From an uncultured Verrucomicrobiota bacterium (GTDB lineage Bacteria; Verrucomicrobiota; Verrucomicrobiia; Limisphaerales; JAYPEY01), in contig CAZFLK010000004.1 in assembly GCA_964519245.1 (NCBI GenBank), positions 12,111-76,110 of the forward strand: a stretch of DNA of 64,000 nt, in the 5' to 3' direction. This document shows positions 9,976-18,546 of this stretch, piece after piece; the stretch's first letter is position 1, and every line of letters starts with the position of its first letter. The notes below the pieces were generated by a model. That model saw nothing but the letters and a program-made list of their open reading frames with translations. It searched no databases and had not been told where the DNA came from. Both the position numbers and the translations under genes were made by a program.

Positions 9976-10042
9976 GGAGCGCCGAGCATTACTCGGCATT
10001 GGCTGCCAATCCACGCCCAGGCCGAGCAATGCTCGGCGCTCC
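9976..10042. repeat. REP-like compound palindromic element, copy 1
   Basis: The 22-nt arm GGAGCGCCGAGCATTACTCGGC (9976-9997) and its near-perfect inverse GCCGAGCAATGCTCGGCGCTCC (10021-10042) match at 21/22 positions. Each arm contains its own GCCGAG-N5-CTCGGC hairpin. The same left arm recurs exactly at 22403-22424. Confidence 0.8.
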
Positions 10043-10238
10043 AGCATTGCGGCAGTTGAACTTGGGCTCTCTTGTGGAATCTCCCGACCTTTGTTACGCC
10101 GACCTTCAACCAGGTGTGGGTCACCATCATCCAGCCGTTCTCGCCATAGATGGCCGCGCCTTCCGTCGCGTCGTGCAGCTTGGGACGGGACCAAAGCCGC
10201 ATTTCATAATGGATCACCTTGCCGGGGAAACTCATCCG

Positions 10239-11006
10239 TCACAATCCTGACGGATGATCGAGGAAGGTCCAACTCAACTTGTATTTCTTCGCCAGATGCG
10301 CGGCCAGGGACTTGACCCCGAAGGTCTCGGTGGCGTAATGCCCGCCATAGAAGACATTGATTCCCGCATCCTCGGCCATCCCAAAGGTGTGGTGCGGTCC
10401 CTCCCCGGTGATGAAGGTGTCCACGCCCTCGGATGCGGCCTTGAACAGTTCCGCCCCGGCGCCGCCAGTCACCACCCCCACCCTGCGACACTGCTTGGGT
10501 CCGCCCGGCAAAATCGTTGGTTCGGCCCCCAGCGCCTTCGTCAGCTTGTTCGCCAATGCTTCCCGGGAAACCCGGACATTCGCCTGAAACCCCAGATGCA
10601 TGCCTCGATCGAAGAAGAACGGCTCCAGGTTCTTGAATCCCAGGACCGAGCAAAGACCGGCATTGTTTCCGAACTTGGGATGGGCGTCCAATGGCAGGTG
10701 CGAACTGTAGACCGCCAGATTGGCGCCGAGCAACTCCTTGAGCAGTGCGTAGCGGTTCTTGGTCCACGGATGCGACGGCCCCCAAAACAATCCGTGATGA
10801 ACAATCAGCAGATCGGCCCCAGCCTCGACCGCCATGCGCGCGGTCGCCAAGGACCCGTCCACCGCCGCGGCGATCCGCGTGACCCGTCCATCATTCTCAA
10901 CCTGCAGGCCATTGACCGCCCCTTTGTAATCCTCGATCTCCGAGGTCTTCAGGGTCCGATCGCAATAACGGACAATCGTACTGAGCGAGGCAGTGGCCAT
11001 GATCAA
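10239..11006 (-). CDS. Nif3-like dinuclear metal centre protein (GTP cyclohydrolase 1 type 2 homologue)
   Basis: 255 aa. 'NGLQVENDGRVTRIAAAVDGS...GADLLIVHHGLFW' is the characteristic NIF3/YbgI N-terminal pattern. Confidence 0.8.
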   Translation of the reverse strand: MIMATASLSTIVRYCDRTLKTSEIEDYKGAVNGLQVENDGRVTRIAAAVDGSLATARMAVEAGADLLIVHHGLFWGPSHPWTKNRYALLKELLGANLAVYSSHLPLDAHPKFGNNAGLCSVLGFKNLEPFFFDRGMHLGFQANVRVSREALANKLTKALGAEPTILPGGPKQCRRVGVVTGGAGAELFKAASEGVDTFITGEGPHHTFGMAEDAGINVFYGGHYATETFGVKSLAAHLAKKYKLSWTFLDHPSGL

Positions 11007-11031
11007 AGGGGCAAATTGAAATCAAACTAGA

Positions 11032-12012
11032 CTAGTTGTCCATCAGTCCGTCATCCCCGAACTCATCCTCAATCTCCCGCCGCAAACTCCGGGAGATGCG
11101 GGGGCGAATGAACCCGTAAACCAAAAAGGTGGTGAGCATCGCGGGAAGGAAAACCGGCAGAATCAAGCCCCGGAAGAAATAGAGCATGCCCAGGAACAGC
11201 ACGCAGCCCACCATCTTCGCAAACGGACTGCGCGACTTGAGGTTCAACGACTTGAACGAGGGATACCTGACATTGCTGACCATCATGAACGAGAGAAACA
11301 ACATCACGATCGGCAGCGCAAAACGCCAGTTCTCGGTCGTGAACTCCTTCTTCTCACACCAGAGCAGGAACATGGCAATCGAAACCACCAATCCCGCGGC
11401 CGCCGGAATGGGAAACCCGATGAAGTCCTTGCTGGTCGCCTTCTCGTCACCCACGATCGCCAGCGCGTTGAAGCGGGCCAGGCGGAACGCGCCACACACC
11501 ATGTAGACCGAGGCAATAAACCAACCCGCCTCCGGAGCCGGGAAGGTCACATCCTTCAGCACAAACCGATGCATGAGAAACGCCGGCGCCGCCCCAAAGG
11601 AAATCAAGTCCGCCAACGAATCAAACTCCTGCCCAAAGGGGCTCTCCTTGCCGCCCATTCGGGCCACACGCCCGTCCAACAAATCAAAGACACAGGCAAT
11701 GAGAATGAAAATCAGCGCCTGGTTGATCGAATGCGCGTATGCCACCTGGTTTCCCATGTCGGCCTCCACGATCTTGGTCAGCGCGACAAATCCGCAGAAC
11801 AGATTGCCCGCCGTCATCAGATTCGGCAGAAAATAGATCTTCAACTTCGCGTCCTGCGATTCCAAATCCCGCTCGGACGCAACAATGACCGGACTTGCAA
11901 GCGTCTCACCGCGCCCGTCCGCGGCATCCGAGCCGCTGATGTCTTTCTCCACACGTTTCATGACTCGCATCCTACTCATTGTCCTTCGCATGAAAAGCGG
12001 CGAATGGCTCAC
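11032..12012 (-). CDS. pssA: CDP-diacylglycerol--serine O-phosphatidyltransferase (CDP-alcohol phosphatidyltransferase family)
   Basis: Motif 'DLLDGRVARMGGKESPFGQEFDSLADLISFG' fits D-G-x2-A-R-x8-G-x3-D-x3-D, and the protein has multiple TM segments. The start is uncertain: several in-frame Met codons lie between 12012 and 11960. Confidence 0.8.
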   Translation of the reverse strand: MSHSPLFMRRTMSRMRVMKRVEKDISGSDAADGRGETLASPVIVASERDLESQDAKLKIYFLPNLMTAGNLFCGFVALTKIVEADMGNQVAYAHSINQALIFILIACVFDLLDGRVARMGGKESPFGQEFDSLADLISFGAAPAFLMHRFVLKDVTFPAPEAGWFIASVYMVCGAFRLARFNALAIVGDEKATSKDFIGFPIPAAAGLVVSIAMFLLWCEKKEFTTENWRFALPIVMLFLSFMMVSNVRYPSFKSLNLKSRSPFAKMVGCVLFLGMLYFFRGLILPVFLPAMLTTFLVYGFIRPRISRSLRREIEDEFGDDGLMDN

Positions 12013-12074
12013 TTTTCCGGATTTTTCATTGCTCCAAGCCCGCCCGCAACTAAGCTGATCCCAACTCGCGCGCC

Positions 12075-12608
12075 ATGAAGAACATCGTCTATTTCGACCT
12101 GGAAACCCAACGCTCGGCCGACGAAGTCGGCGGCTGGGACAAGATCCGCGACATGGGCATGAGCGTCGGCGTCACCTACAGCACCGCCCGCGGCGGCTAC
12201 CTGATCTACGGGGAAAACGAGGTCAATGACCTCATCAACGAATTGCTCCGCGCCGATTTGGTCGTCGGCTTCAACAACATCCGTTTCGACAATGAGGTCC
12301 TGCATGGCTACACCGTGATGGACCTGAACCAGGCGCCCACCCTGGATCTTCTCGTCGACCTCCAGAAAACACTCAATCACCGCCTGTCACTGGACGCCGT
12401 CGCCACCGCATCGCTGGGAGTCGAGAAAACCGCCGAAGGACTGCAGGCCATCGAATGGTTCAAGCAGGGCAGGTTCATGGAAATCGCGGAATATTGCTGC
12501 TTCGATGTGAAGATCACGAAACTCGTCCATGAGTTCGGCATGCAGCACAAGCAGATCTTCTATACCAACCGCTTCGGCTCGAAGTTGTCGACACCGGTGG
12601 ACTGGTAG
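12075..12608 (+). CDS. RNase H-like fold protein, probable DEDD-type 3'-5' exonuclease
   Basis: 177 aa. N-terminal 'IVYFDLET' (Exo I-like acidic motif), 'GFNNIRFDNEVL' and C-terminal 'YCCFDVKIT'. Assignment rests on motif similarity only. Confidence 0.55.
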   Translation: MKNIVYFDLETQRSADEVGGWDKIRDMGMSVGVTYSTARGGYLIYGENEVNDLINELLRADLVVGFNNIRFDNEVLHGYTVMDLNQAPTLDLLVDLQKTLNHRLSLDAVATASLGVEKTAEGLQAIEWFKQGRFMEIAEYCCFDVKITKLVHEFGMQHKQIFYTNRFGSKLSTPVDW

Positions 12609-12629
12609 ACGAGGGCCGCCCCGCCCTGA

Positions 12630-14225
12630 TCAACGCCTGATCGCCGTGTTGGCCCGACGCAGCTTGTTGGAAAGGTCCATGGCGATGTTTCTCATGACCA
12701 CCATGCCCAGATGCGGCTCCCGCTGCACGACGTCGTAAAACGCCGCGCGCTGCATGACCAGGAGAATGCTGGGCTTGTCCGCCACCGCCATTGCGACGCG
12801 CTCGGCGCCATCCAGAAACGCCTGCTCCCCAAAGATCTGCCCGTCGCTCAACGAGGCCACCGGCGCGGAATTTTCATCCAGGCAGATGTCGATCTTGCCC
12901 CGCATCACCGCATAAGCTTCATTTCCGGAATCCCCCCGTTGGAAGACCTTCTCCCCCGGTCGATAGAGCTTCTGGGTGAACAGGCGCGCAATCTTGCGCA
13001 ACTCCCCATCACCCAAGCCCTCGAAGATCGGCAGGCCACGCAGGAGATTGATGATGGCCACTCCGGTCTTCTGATCCTGAAAATTGTAATCCACCGCCTT
13101 GACGATGGCCTCGGCGTGCTCGGTCAGGTCAATGTTGTCCAAGGCGTAGTTGGTGTTCAGCTTCACCATCTTCACGACGTCCGAAGCCAACTCTGCCTCC
13201 GCGTAGAAACCCGGCATGTAAGCCACCGGCACGTAACCCAACTGCTCGGCGCTCTTGATCAGACGCGGCGCGCTCGAAACGATGTCAATCTCAACGTAGA
13301 CCGCGCTCATCCCTTCCTGCGCCACATCGGTCGCGTGCATCAACAACGCGCCCATCGACAGATCGTCCGTCGCAAATCCGGCAATGATCCGCACACAACG
13401 ATCATACTCGTCGTAGTAGAACTTGACGCCGCCAACGTCGTTGCCCTCGCGCTTGCCCAGCACAACCTTGACCTGCGCCGGCGAATCAATTCGCATGAAA
13501 CCGAACCCCAGACTGAACGACCCCGAGATCTCAAAGGGCGGGTTTTCCGCCTGCGACTGCTGAAACCACAGGTCGTATTCCTCCCCGTCGGAATCCTGAA
13601 ACTCAACCTCCGTCTTCAACGGGTAGCCGGTGATTCCATCCCGGATCAACATCGGCGGCTTGGCCCCGCAATTGCGCAGGGCCTGCGAGCACAACTCGCC
13701 GATCTGAGGCAACGACTCGGAAAGCGGAAGGCGCTGCGCCATGCCCTTGGCTCCCGCACGCACGTAAAACAGGACGCCTTCCCGGGAACGATGCAAGTGC
13801 TTGAAGGGCTGAAAACCGATGCACACATACCCCAACTTCTCAAACAGGGCCTGCTGCTCCTTGTCCGACGCCAACAGGCGCGCCACCTGCATGAATGCTT
13901 CCTCCGGATTCAGCTCATGCAATTTGGAAATCAAGGCCTCGGCCGTCCCGTTGGCAAGACTCTCCGGTCGGAACAGGGTGCGCCCCAGATTCATCACCGG
14001 GTTCATCGCGGCCGGCAATGGCGGCAGTATGGTGACCGACGCCTGAATCATCCCGTCATCCTCCGCAATCCAGGTCTGCGACTCGGTGTCCGCACCCAGC
14101 TCACTCATGATCCAAGCCGGATTATAGACTTCCTTGGAGGGATGCTCATCGCCCAAGGTGGCTTTGAGCAGGCTCAACCAACTGGGGGCGTCATCCGGTA
14201 TCGCTTCACGAACTGTGGCGGACAT
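12630..14225 (-). CDS. cyclic-nucleotide-binding domain protein with an N-terminal tandem GNAT-like region
   Basis: Start moved to ATG 14225 (MSATVREAIPDD...) so that it does not overlap the tRNA. The C-terminal ~120 aa are a clear cNMP-binding domain ('FEGLGDGELRKIA...GDSGNEAYAVMRGKIDI...GQIFGEQAFL'). The N-terminal region has weak GNAT-like signatures ('ALFEKLGYVCIGFQP', 'AEQLGYVPVAYMPGF'). Confidence 0.7.
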   Translation of the reverse strand: MSATVREAIPDDAPSWLSLLKATLGDEHPSKEVYNPAWIMSELGADTESQTWIAEDDGMIQASVTILPPLPAAMNPVMNLGRTLFRPESLANGTAEALISKLHELNPEEAFMQVARLLASDKEQQALFEKLGYVCIGFQPFKHLHRSREGVLFYVRAGAKGMAQRLPLSESLPQIGELCSQALRNCGAKPPMLIRDGITGYPLKTEVEFQDSDGEEYDLWFQQSQAENPPFEISGSFSLGFGFMRIDSPAQVKVVLGKREGNDVGGVKFYYDEYDRCVRIIAGFATDDLSMGALLMHATDVAQEGMSAVYVEIDIVSSAPRLIKSAEQLGYVPVAYMPGFYAEAELASDVVKMVKLNTNYALDNIDLTEHAEAIVKAVDYNFQDQKTGVAIINLLRGLPIFEGLGDGELRKIARLFTQKLYRPGEKVFQRGDSGNEAYAVMRGKIDICLDENSAPVASLSDGQIFGEQAFLDGAERVAMAVADKPSILLVMQRAAFYDVVQREPHLGMVVMRNIAMDLSNKLRRANTAIRR

Positions 14226-14295
14226 CTTGTTGCTCTGTAGAAGTGTGCTCGACGCTGCTGTGCGTCCAAATATGACCGTCACCCTTATCCCTGCT

Positions 14296-14382
14296 TGGTG
14301 CCCGCGACAGGACTTGAACCTGTACCCTCGTGAGAGGACTAGAACCTGAATCTAGCGCGTCTGCCAATTCCGCCACGCGGGC
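14296..14382 (-). tRNA. tRNA-Leu (anticodon CAG), 87 nt, CCA encoded
   Basis: The reverse complement folds as a class II tRNA. Acceptor GCCCGCG/CGCGGGC; anticodon stem CTAGA/TCTAG with loop TTCAGGT; long variable arm TCCTCTCACGAGGGT; T-arm ACAGG-TTCAAGT-CCTGT; discriminator A followed by CCA. Confidence 0.95.
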
Positions 14383-14787
14383 ATGCCATTCAGCCAGGAG
14401 TGACAATCCTTTCCGCCGGGCGAAGCTTCTTTCCCCCGACGAACTGAGCGGCCTTAAATACGGCGCCGCTCCCTGCATCGGCAAGCCAAAAGATGGAACA
14501 TGCACATTTCCTCCCACCCGCGCCCCCCTCCATTCCGCCCGCCGCTGGGAATCCTCACCCTCCCCCATCCGCTTGAGAATCCTGCCCCCCGGCATGCCGC
14601 ATCCTCCGACATGGGCCAAGCCGACGGAAATCGCGCGCGCTTGCGCCAAAATCACGCGCCATGCGTGAGATTCCTCAAGCCGCCAAGTCCCCCACCGCGT
14701 CTTTCTCCCGCCTTGCCCCGTGTTTGCCTCAAAAAACAACCCTCCCCATCCTTGGCACGGCTACTGCTACCCAGATCGCAAATCCAA

Positions 14788-14815
14788 TTGACAGAGTTGA
14801 GGTCCTCGTTAGAGT
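14788..14815 (+). promoter_or_regulatory. candidate promoter of the prepilin-like gene
   Basis: TTGACA (14788-14793), a 16-nt spacer, then TAGAGT (14810-14815), ending 27 nt upstream of ATG 14842. Pattern match only. Confidence 0.3.
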
Positions 14816-14841
14816 CCACCTCCGCAACTACCAAACAAAAC

Positions 14842-15729
14842 ATGAACCAACACCTCCGCAAAAGCAAAGTCGGGGCTTTCACGCTCATCGAGCTGTTAGT
14901 CGTTATTGCCATCATCGCCATTCTCGCCGGCATGCTCCTGCCCGCTCTGGCCAAGGCCAAGGCGCGCGCGCATCGCATCAAGTGCGTGAGCAACCAGAAG
15001 CAGGTCGGTCTGGCGTTCCGCATCTTCGCGAACGACCATGAGGATCGCTATCCCTTCAACGTGCAGCAGCTCTACCTCTACGGTTCCCCGGGCGGTAACG
15101 CGACCCAGATCGACGCAGAGCAGACAGCCGCCGCCGGTCAGGACGGCACCGCCGCCGGTGGTTCGACCAACCCTCTCATGTTCCGCAACGCCACTCCGGC
15201 CAGCGGTGTGGGCACGGGCTTGAACGATCACCAGACCTGGCATCACTTCCAGATCCTGTCGAACGAGCTCGCCTCGGCCAAGATCGTGATCTGCCCGGCT
15301 GACCGCAACCGTTTGAACAACGAAGCCATCGACTTCCTGCAAAACGGCAACGACAGCCTCTCCTCCGGCACCAAGGGCAACCGCGCCACCAGCTACTTCG
15401 TTGGTTTGGAAGCGGATGAGACCAAGCCGCAGGCCATCCTCGCGGGTGACCGCTCGATCGCCGGCGACAACCCCACCGGCCCCCAAACGGACGAAGCCGC
15501 GCTCGCCATCCAAGGCGTCAGGCTGCTCGGCCCGAACAACAGCTCCGGCGCTCGCCGCCGCTGGTCCAGCGCCCCGGAAAACAACATTCACGACATCGCC
15601 GGCAACATTACGCTCGCCGACGGTTCCGTGCAGCAGGTCAGCGGTCAGAAGCTGGAAGATCAGCTCGAATTGAGCCGCGCCAGCTACAGCACCAACAACT
15701 GGCTGTTCTCCTTCCCGACCACTCCCTGA
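14842..15729 (+). CDS. prepilin-type N-terminal cleavage/methylation domain protein with H-X9-DG motif
   Basis: Start moved to ATG 14842 ([36 protein letters not shown]...), a class III signal/pseudopilin N-terminus. The C-terminal '[12 protein letters not shown]' matches H-X9-DG. This family is expanded in Planctomycetota/Verrucomicrobiota. Confidence 0.85.
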   Translation: MNQHLRKSKVGAFTLIELLVVIAIIAILAGMLLPALAKAKARAHRIKCVSNQKQVGLAFRIFANDHEDRYPFNVQQLYLYGSPGGNATQIDAEQTAAAGQDGTAAGGSTNPLMFRNATPASGVGTGLNDHQTWHHFQILSNELASAKIVICPADRNRLNNEAIDFLQNGNDSLSSGTKGNRATSYFVGLEADETKPQAILAGDRSIAGDNPTGPQTDEAALAIQGVRLLGPNNSSGARRRWSSAPENNIHDIAGNITLADGSVQQVSGQKLEDQLELSRASYSTNNWLFSFPTTP

Positions 15730-15752
15730 TCCGGAAGCGAAAATCCTACTTC

Positions 15753-15780
15753 AAGGCGCCCTTCGGGGCGCCTTTTTTTG
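15753..15780 (+). terminator. intrinsic terminator
   Basis: AAGGCGCCC-TTCG-GGGCGCCTT forms a 9-bp stem with a UUCG tetraloop and runs into a 7-T tract. It begins 24 nt after the stop at 15729. Confidence 0.85.
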
Positions 15781-15833
15781 TGCCCGTGAACCGCCGAGTC
15801 GATGCGCCCGAAGGATCGGGGAATCAATCGGAA

Positions 15834-16814
15834 TCAATCCCGCAACGAAGCGGCGATCCTCTCCACAATCTCTTTCAGTGACGTTTGCGGCCGAAAGCCC
15901 ACAAATCGCTCCAGCTTGTCCACGACCGGCTTTCTCCGCAGCATGTCCTGGAACCCCGGCGCGTAAGCCTCGCTGTAGGGGATCCTCTCGATCGTCGAAT
16001 CCGAGCCAAGTGTTTCGATGATGGTTCGCGCAAACCCCAGGATCGACACTTCCTCCGAACTGCCCACATTGAACACCTCCCCCCTTGCGCGGGGGGAATC
16101 CATCAAGCGGACCAAGGCCTCCACAGTATCGCCGACGTAGCAAAAACAACGCGTCTGCAACCCGTCGCCAAAGACACGCAGCGGCTTGTTCGCCAACGCC
16201 GCCTCGACAAAGCGCGGCGCCACCATGCCGTAGCGCCCCGTCTGCCTCGGTCCAACCGTGTTGAACAACCTGACGATCACGACCGGCATGTCGTACTCCT
16301 GGGCGTAGGCCATCGCCAGAAACTCATCCATCAATTTCGAACACGCATAGCTCCAACGTCCCAGGTGCGGCGGTCCGATCAGGAGATCGTCCTCCTCGTC
16401 GAAGGCCGGCTTCTGACTCTTTCCGTAAACTTCCGATGTGGAGGTGATCAACACCGGCGTCCGGGTCCGACTGGCGGCCCTCAGGACTTCCTCAGACTCA
16501 TGCAGATTCGTATGAATCGTGTCGATCGGCGACTTGACCACCAGCTCCACGCCGACCGCGGCGGCCAGATGATAGACAAAATCCGCGTCCGCGACCGCGT
16601 CCTCTAGCCCGGCGAACTCCGACACTTTCTCCCGCACAACCGTCAGGCCCGGGTTCTGCCTGGCCGCCGCCAGGTTGTCGACACTGCCGGTCGAACAATC
16701 ATCAACCACGGTCACCTCGTGCCCGTCCGCCAACAGCCGATCCACCAGGTGCGACCCGACAAAGCCGGCGCCGCCGGTGACCAGGATCCGAGATGGTTCG
16801 CGGGCAATGGACAT
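15834..16814 (-). CDS. NAD-dependent epimerase/dehydratase (extended SDR, nucleotide-sugar modifying)
   Basis: Rossmann motif '[15 protein letters not shown]', catalytic 'YACSK' and 'STSEVYG'. Confidence 0.85.
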   Translation of the reverse strand: MSIAREPSRILVTGGAGFVGSHLVDRLLADGHEVTVVDDCSTGSVDNLAAARQNPGLTVVREKVSEFAGLEDAVADADFVYHLAAAVGVELVVKSPIDTIHTNLHESEEVLRAASRTRTPVLITSTSEVYGKSQKPAFDEEDDLLIGPPHLGRWSYACSKLMDEFLAMAYAQEYDMPVVIVRLFNTVGPRQTGRYGMVAPRFVEAALANKPLRVFGDGLQTRCFCYVGDTVEALVRLMDSPRARGEVFNVGSSEEVSILGFARTIIETLGSDSTIERIPYSEAYAPGFQDMLRRKPVVDKLERFVGFRPQTSLKEIVERIAASLRD

Positions 16815-16864
16815 GATGGGGCAATGAAAAGCTCAGGATTCAGCGAATCGGAACGCTAAAGACA

Positions 16865-17866
16865 TTACAACGCATTGGCAACCGCCTCCGCCAACCTCTG
16901 ACGATAGGCCGGCGACGAAATGAGCCGGGCCTCGTCGGGATTCGAGAGGAATCCCGCCTCGATCAGAATGGCCGGGCGGGTCTGCCCCCTCAGGACGGTC
17001 ATGAATCGCGCGCGCTTCACCCCCCGATCCTGCGCGCCCGTATTCTCGATCAACGAGCGGTGAATGGACGTCGCCAATCGGAGATTGAACGGATCATGGG
17101 CATTCCCGGGATGCTCGACATTGACGTCATCCTGGCCGGCCCGCACCGTGGTGGAGGGCAAGCCGCGCGGGGTCAGAGCATAGGTTTCGATGCCGCTGGG
17201 ATCCAGCTTCGGAAAGGAGGAATTGAAATGCAGGCTCAAGAAAAGATCCGCCTTGCGACTATCCGCTAAGGCGACCCGGTCGGCCAGCGAAACAGCCACA
17301 TCGCTGTCGCGCGTCAAGTGGACCGTCCACCCCTTCCTCTCCAACAACGGCTTGAGTCGGAGAGCCCAATCCAGCGAATACTCCTTTTCAAACTTGGTTC
17401 CGCTCAAGATGCTCCGCGTTCCGCGATTGCCTCCGCCATGCCCGGGATCAATGACGATCGATCGCTCACGCGAAAGCCGCCAGGGCTCCGGCTTGAGCAA
17501 CGGGCGCAGATTCCGACTCAGGTCGATGCCATGGACGTGCGGCCGATTGCGGGTCCATTCCGGCGCATACCCCAGCCAAAGCAACCTCCCGTTCCAGCGC
17601 GCCGCGCGACTGCCGATGACAACCTCCATGGTTCCCGCCTTGGAGCGCAACGAATAAACCTGGTTGGTCCCCTTCCGCCGGGGCCCCGTCGCCTCGACGC
17701 CGTATTGCCCCGCCCAGGCATCCAACGGGGACCAACTTTGGATCGGCGCTTCGACCGCGGACTTCACAGGCAATCCGGACACGCGCGACGGCGCGGAATC
17801 CGAGGCGCAACCCAAGAGCCATACCGTCAGCCCGGCGGCGCCCAATTGAAATAACCACTGTCGCAT
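16865..17866 (-). CDS. N-acetylmuramoyl-L-alanine amidase (Amidase_3), lipoprotein
   Basis: Lipobox 'WLLGC'. Motifs 'IVIDPGHGGGNRG', 'DLFLSLHFNS' and 'LIEAGFLSNPDEA'. Confidence 0.85.
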   Translation of the reverse strand: MRQWLFQLGAAGLTVWLLGCASDSAPSRVSGLPVKSAVEAPIQSWSPLDAWAGQYGVEATGPRRKGTNQVYSLRSKAGTMEVVIGSRAARWNGRLLWLGYAPEWTRNRPHVHGIDLSRNLRPLLKPEPWRLSRERSIVIDPGHGGGNRGTRSILSGTKFEKEYSLDWALRLKPLLERKGWTVHLTRDSDVAVSLADRVALADSRKADLFLSLHFNSSFPKLDPSGIETYALTPRGLPSTTVRAGQDDVNVEHPGNAHDPFNLRLATSIHRSLIENTGAQDRGVKRARFMTVLRGQTRPAILIEAGFLSNPDEARLISSPAYRQRLAEAVANAL

Positions 17867-17988
17867 CGCGCGATTGTGGGAATCTCCGCGGCCAACTCAA
17901 GCACCGTATCCGATTATCCGCCGAATGCCCCGTCGCCAAGCGCCGGCAGGCTTGCGGCGACGAAGATCCGGCGCCAAGCTTTCGTCGT

Positions 17989-18546
17989 TTGAAAATCCTC
18001 GTCGCCATCACCGGAGCCAGCGGTTCGATCTACGCCCAGCGGCTACTGGACAACCTGGATACGACCGAGCACGAAGTGCATCTCGTCCTGAGCCGCTACG
18101 CCCAGTCCGTCATCGGCGAGGAACTGCCCCAGGGCCTGCGCGTGCCGGACGGCGTGACCCAGCACAGCCTCAAGAGCATGAACGCGCCCTTCGCCAGCGG
18201 CTCGAATCCCTGCGACGTCATGACGGTCGTCCCGTGCAGCATGGGGACACTGGGCCGCATTGCCCACGGCTACAGCGACAACGTGCTGCTCCGGGCCGCG
18301 GATGTCGCCCTCAAGGAACGCAAGAAGCTGGTCCTGGTTCCCCGGGAAACGCCCCTCAATCTGATTCATGTGAAGAACTTCGAACTGCTGCTGCAAGCAG
18401 GGGCGATCCTCGTGCCCGCGAACCCTTCGTTCTATACCGGACCGGACACGGTGGAAAAGGTCGCCGACACCGTCGTCGCCCGGATTCTGCAGCAAATGGG
18501 GCTGCCTCAGAAGCTTGTCCCCCGTTGGCGGGAGGAATCGGATTGA
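17989..18546 (+). CDS. ubiX: UbiX-family flavin prenyltransferase
   Basis: TTG start. '(M)KILVAITGASGSIYAQRLL' and 'MTVVPCSMGTLGRIAHG' are typical of UbiX/Pad1. Confidence 0.85.
   Translation: MKILVAITGASGSIYAQRLLDNLDTTEHEVHLVLSRYAQSVIGEELPQGLRVPDGVTQHSLKSMNAPFASGSNPCDVMTVVPCSMGTLGRIAHGYSDNVLLRAADVALKERKKLVLVPRETPLNLIHVKNFELLLQAGAILVPANPSFYTGPDTVEKVADTVVARILQQMGLPQKLVPRWREESD

Noticed and set aside
14500-14841. 114-aa N-terminal extension of the prepilin-like ORF.
   Set aside because: A prepilin-type signal must sit at the N-terminus, and ATG 14842 places '[11 protein letters not shown]' correctly. The extension is Pro-rich and preceded by nothing promoter-like, whereas a TTGACA/TAGAGT pair lies just upstream of 14842.
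14283-14841. tRNA-Leu with ~460 nt of adjacent non-coding, C-rich sequence, considered as a genomic-island integration site.
   Set aside because: There is no integrase, no direct repeat of the tRNA 3' end that I could find, and the tRNA 3' side abuts a normal gene start at 14225. The flanking genes look like core genes.
17874-18542. N-terminal ~220 aa of the 776-aa ORF 17874-20204, which would make a much larger protein overlapping ubiX.
   Set aside because: This part is Arg/Pro/Ala-rich with no TM segment or motif, and it overlaps the well-supported ubiX frame. A TTG at 18543 overlapping the ubiX stop gives a sensible membrane-protein N-terminus.
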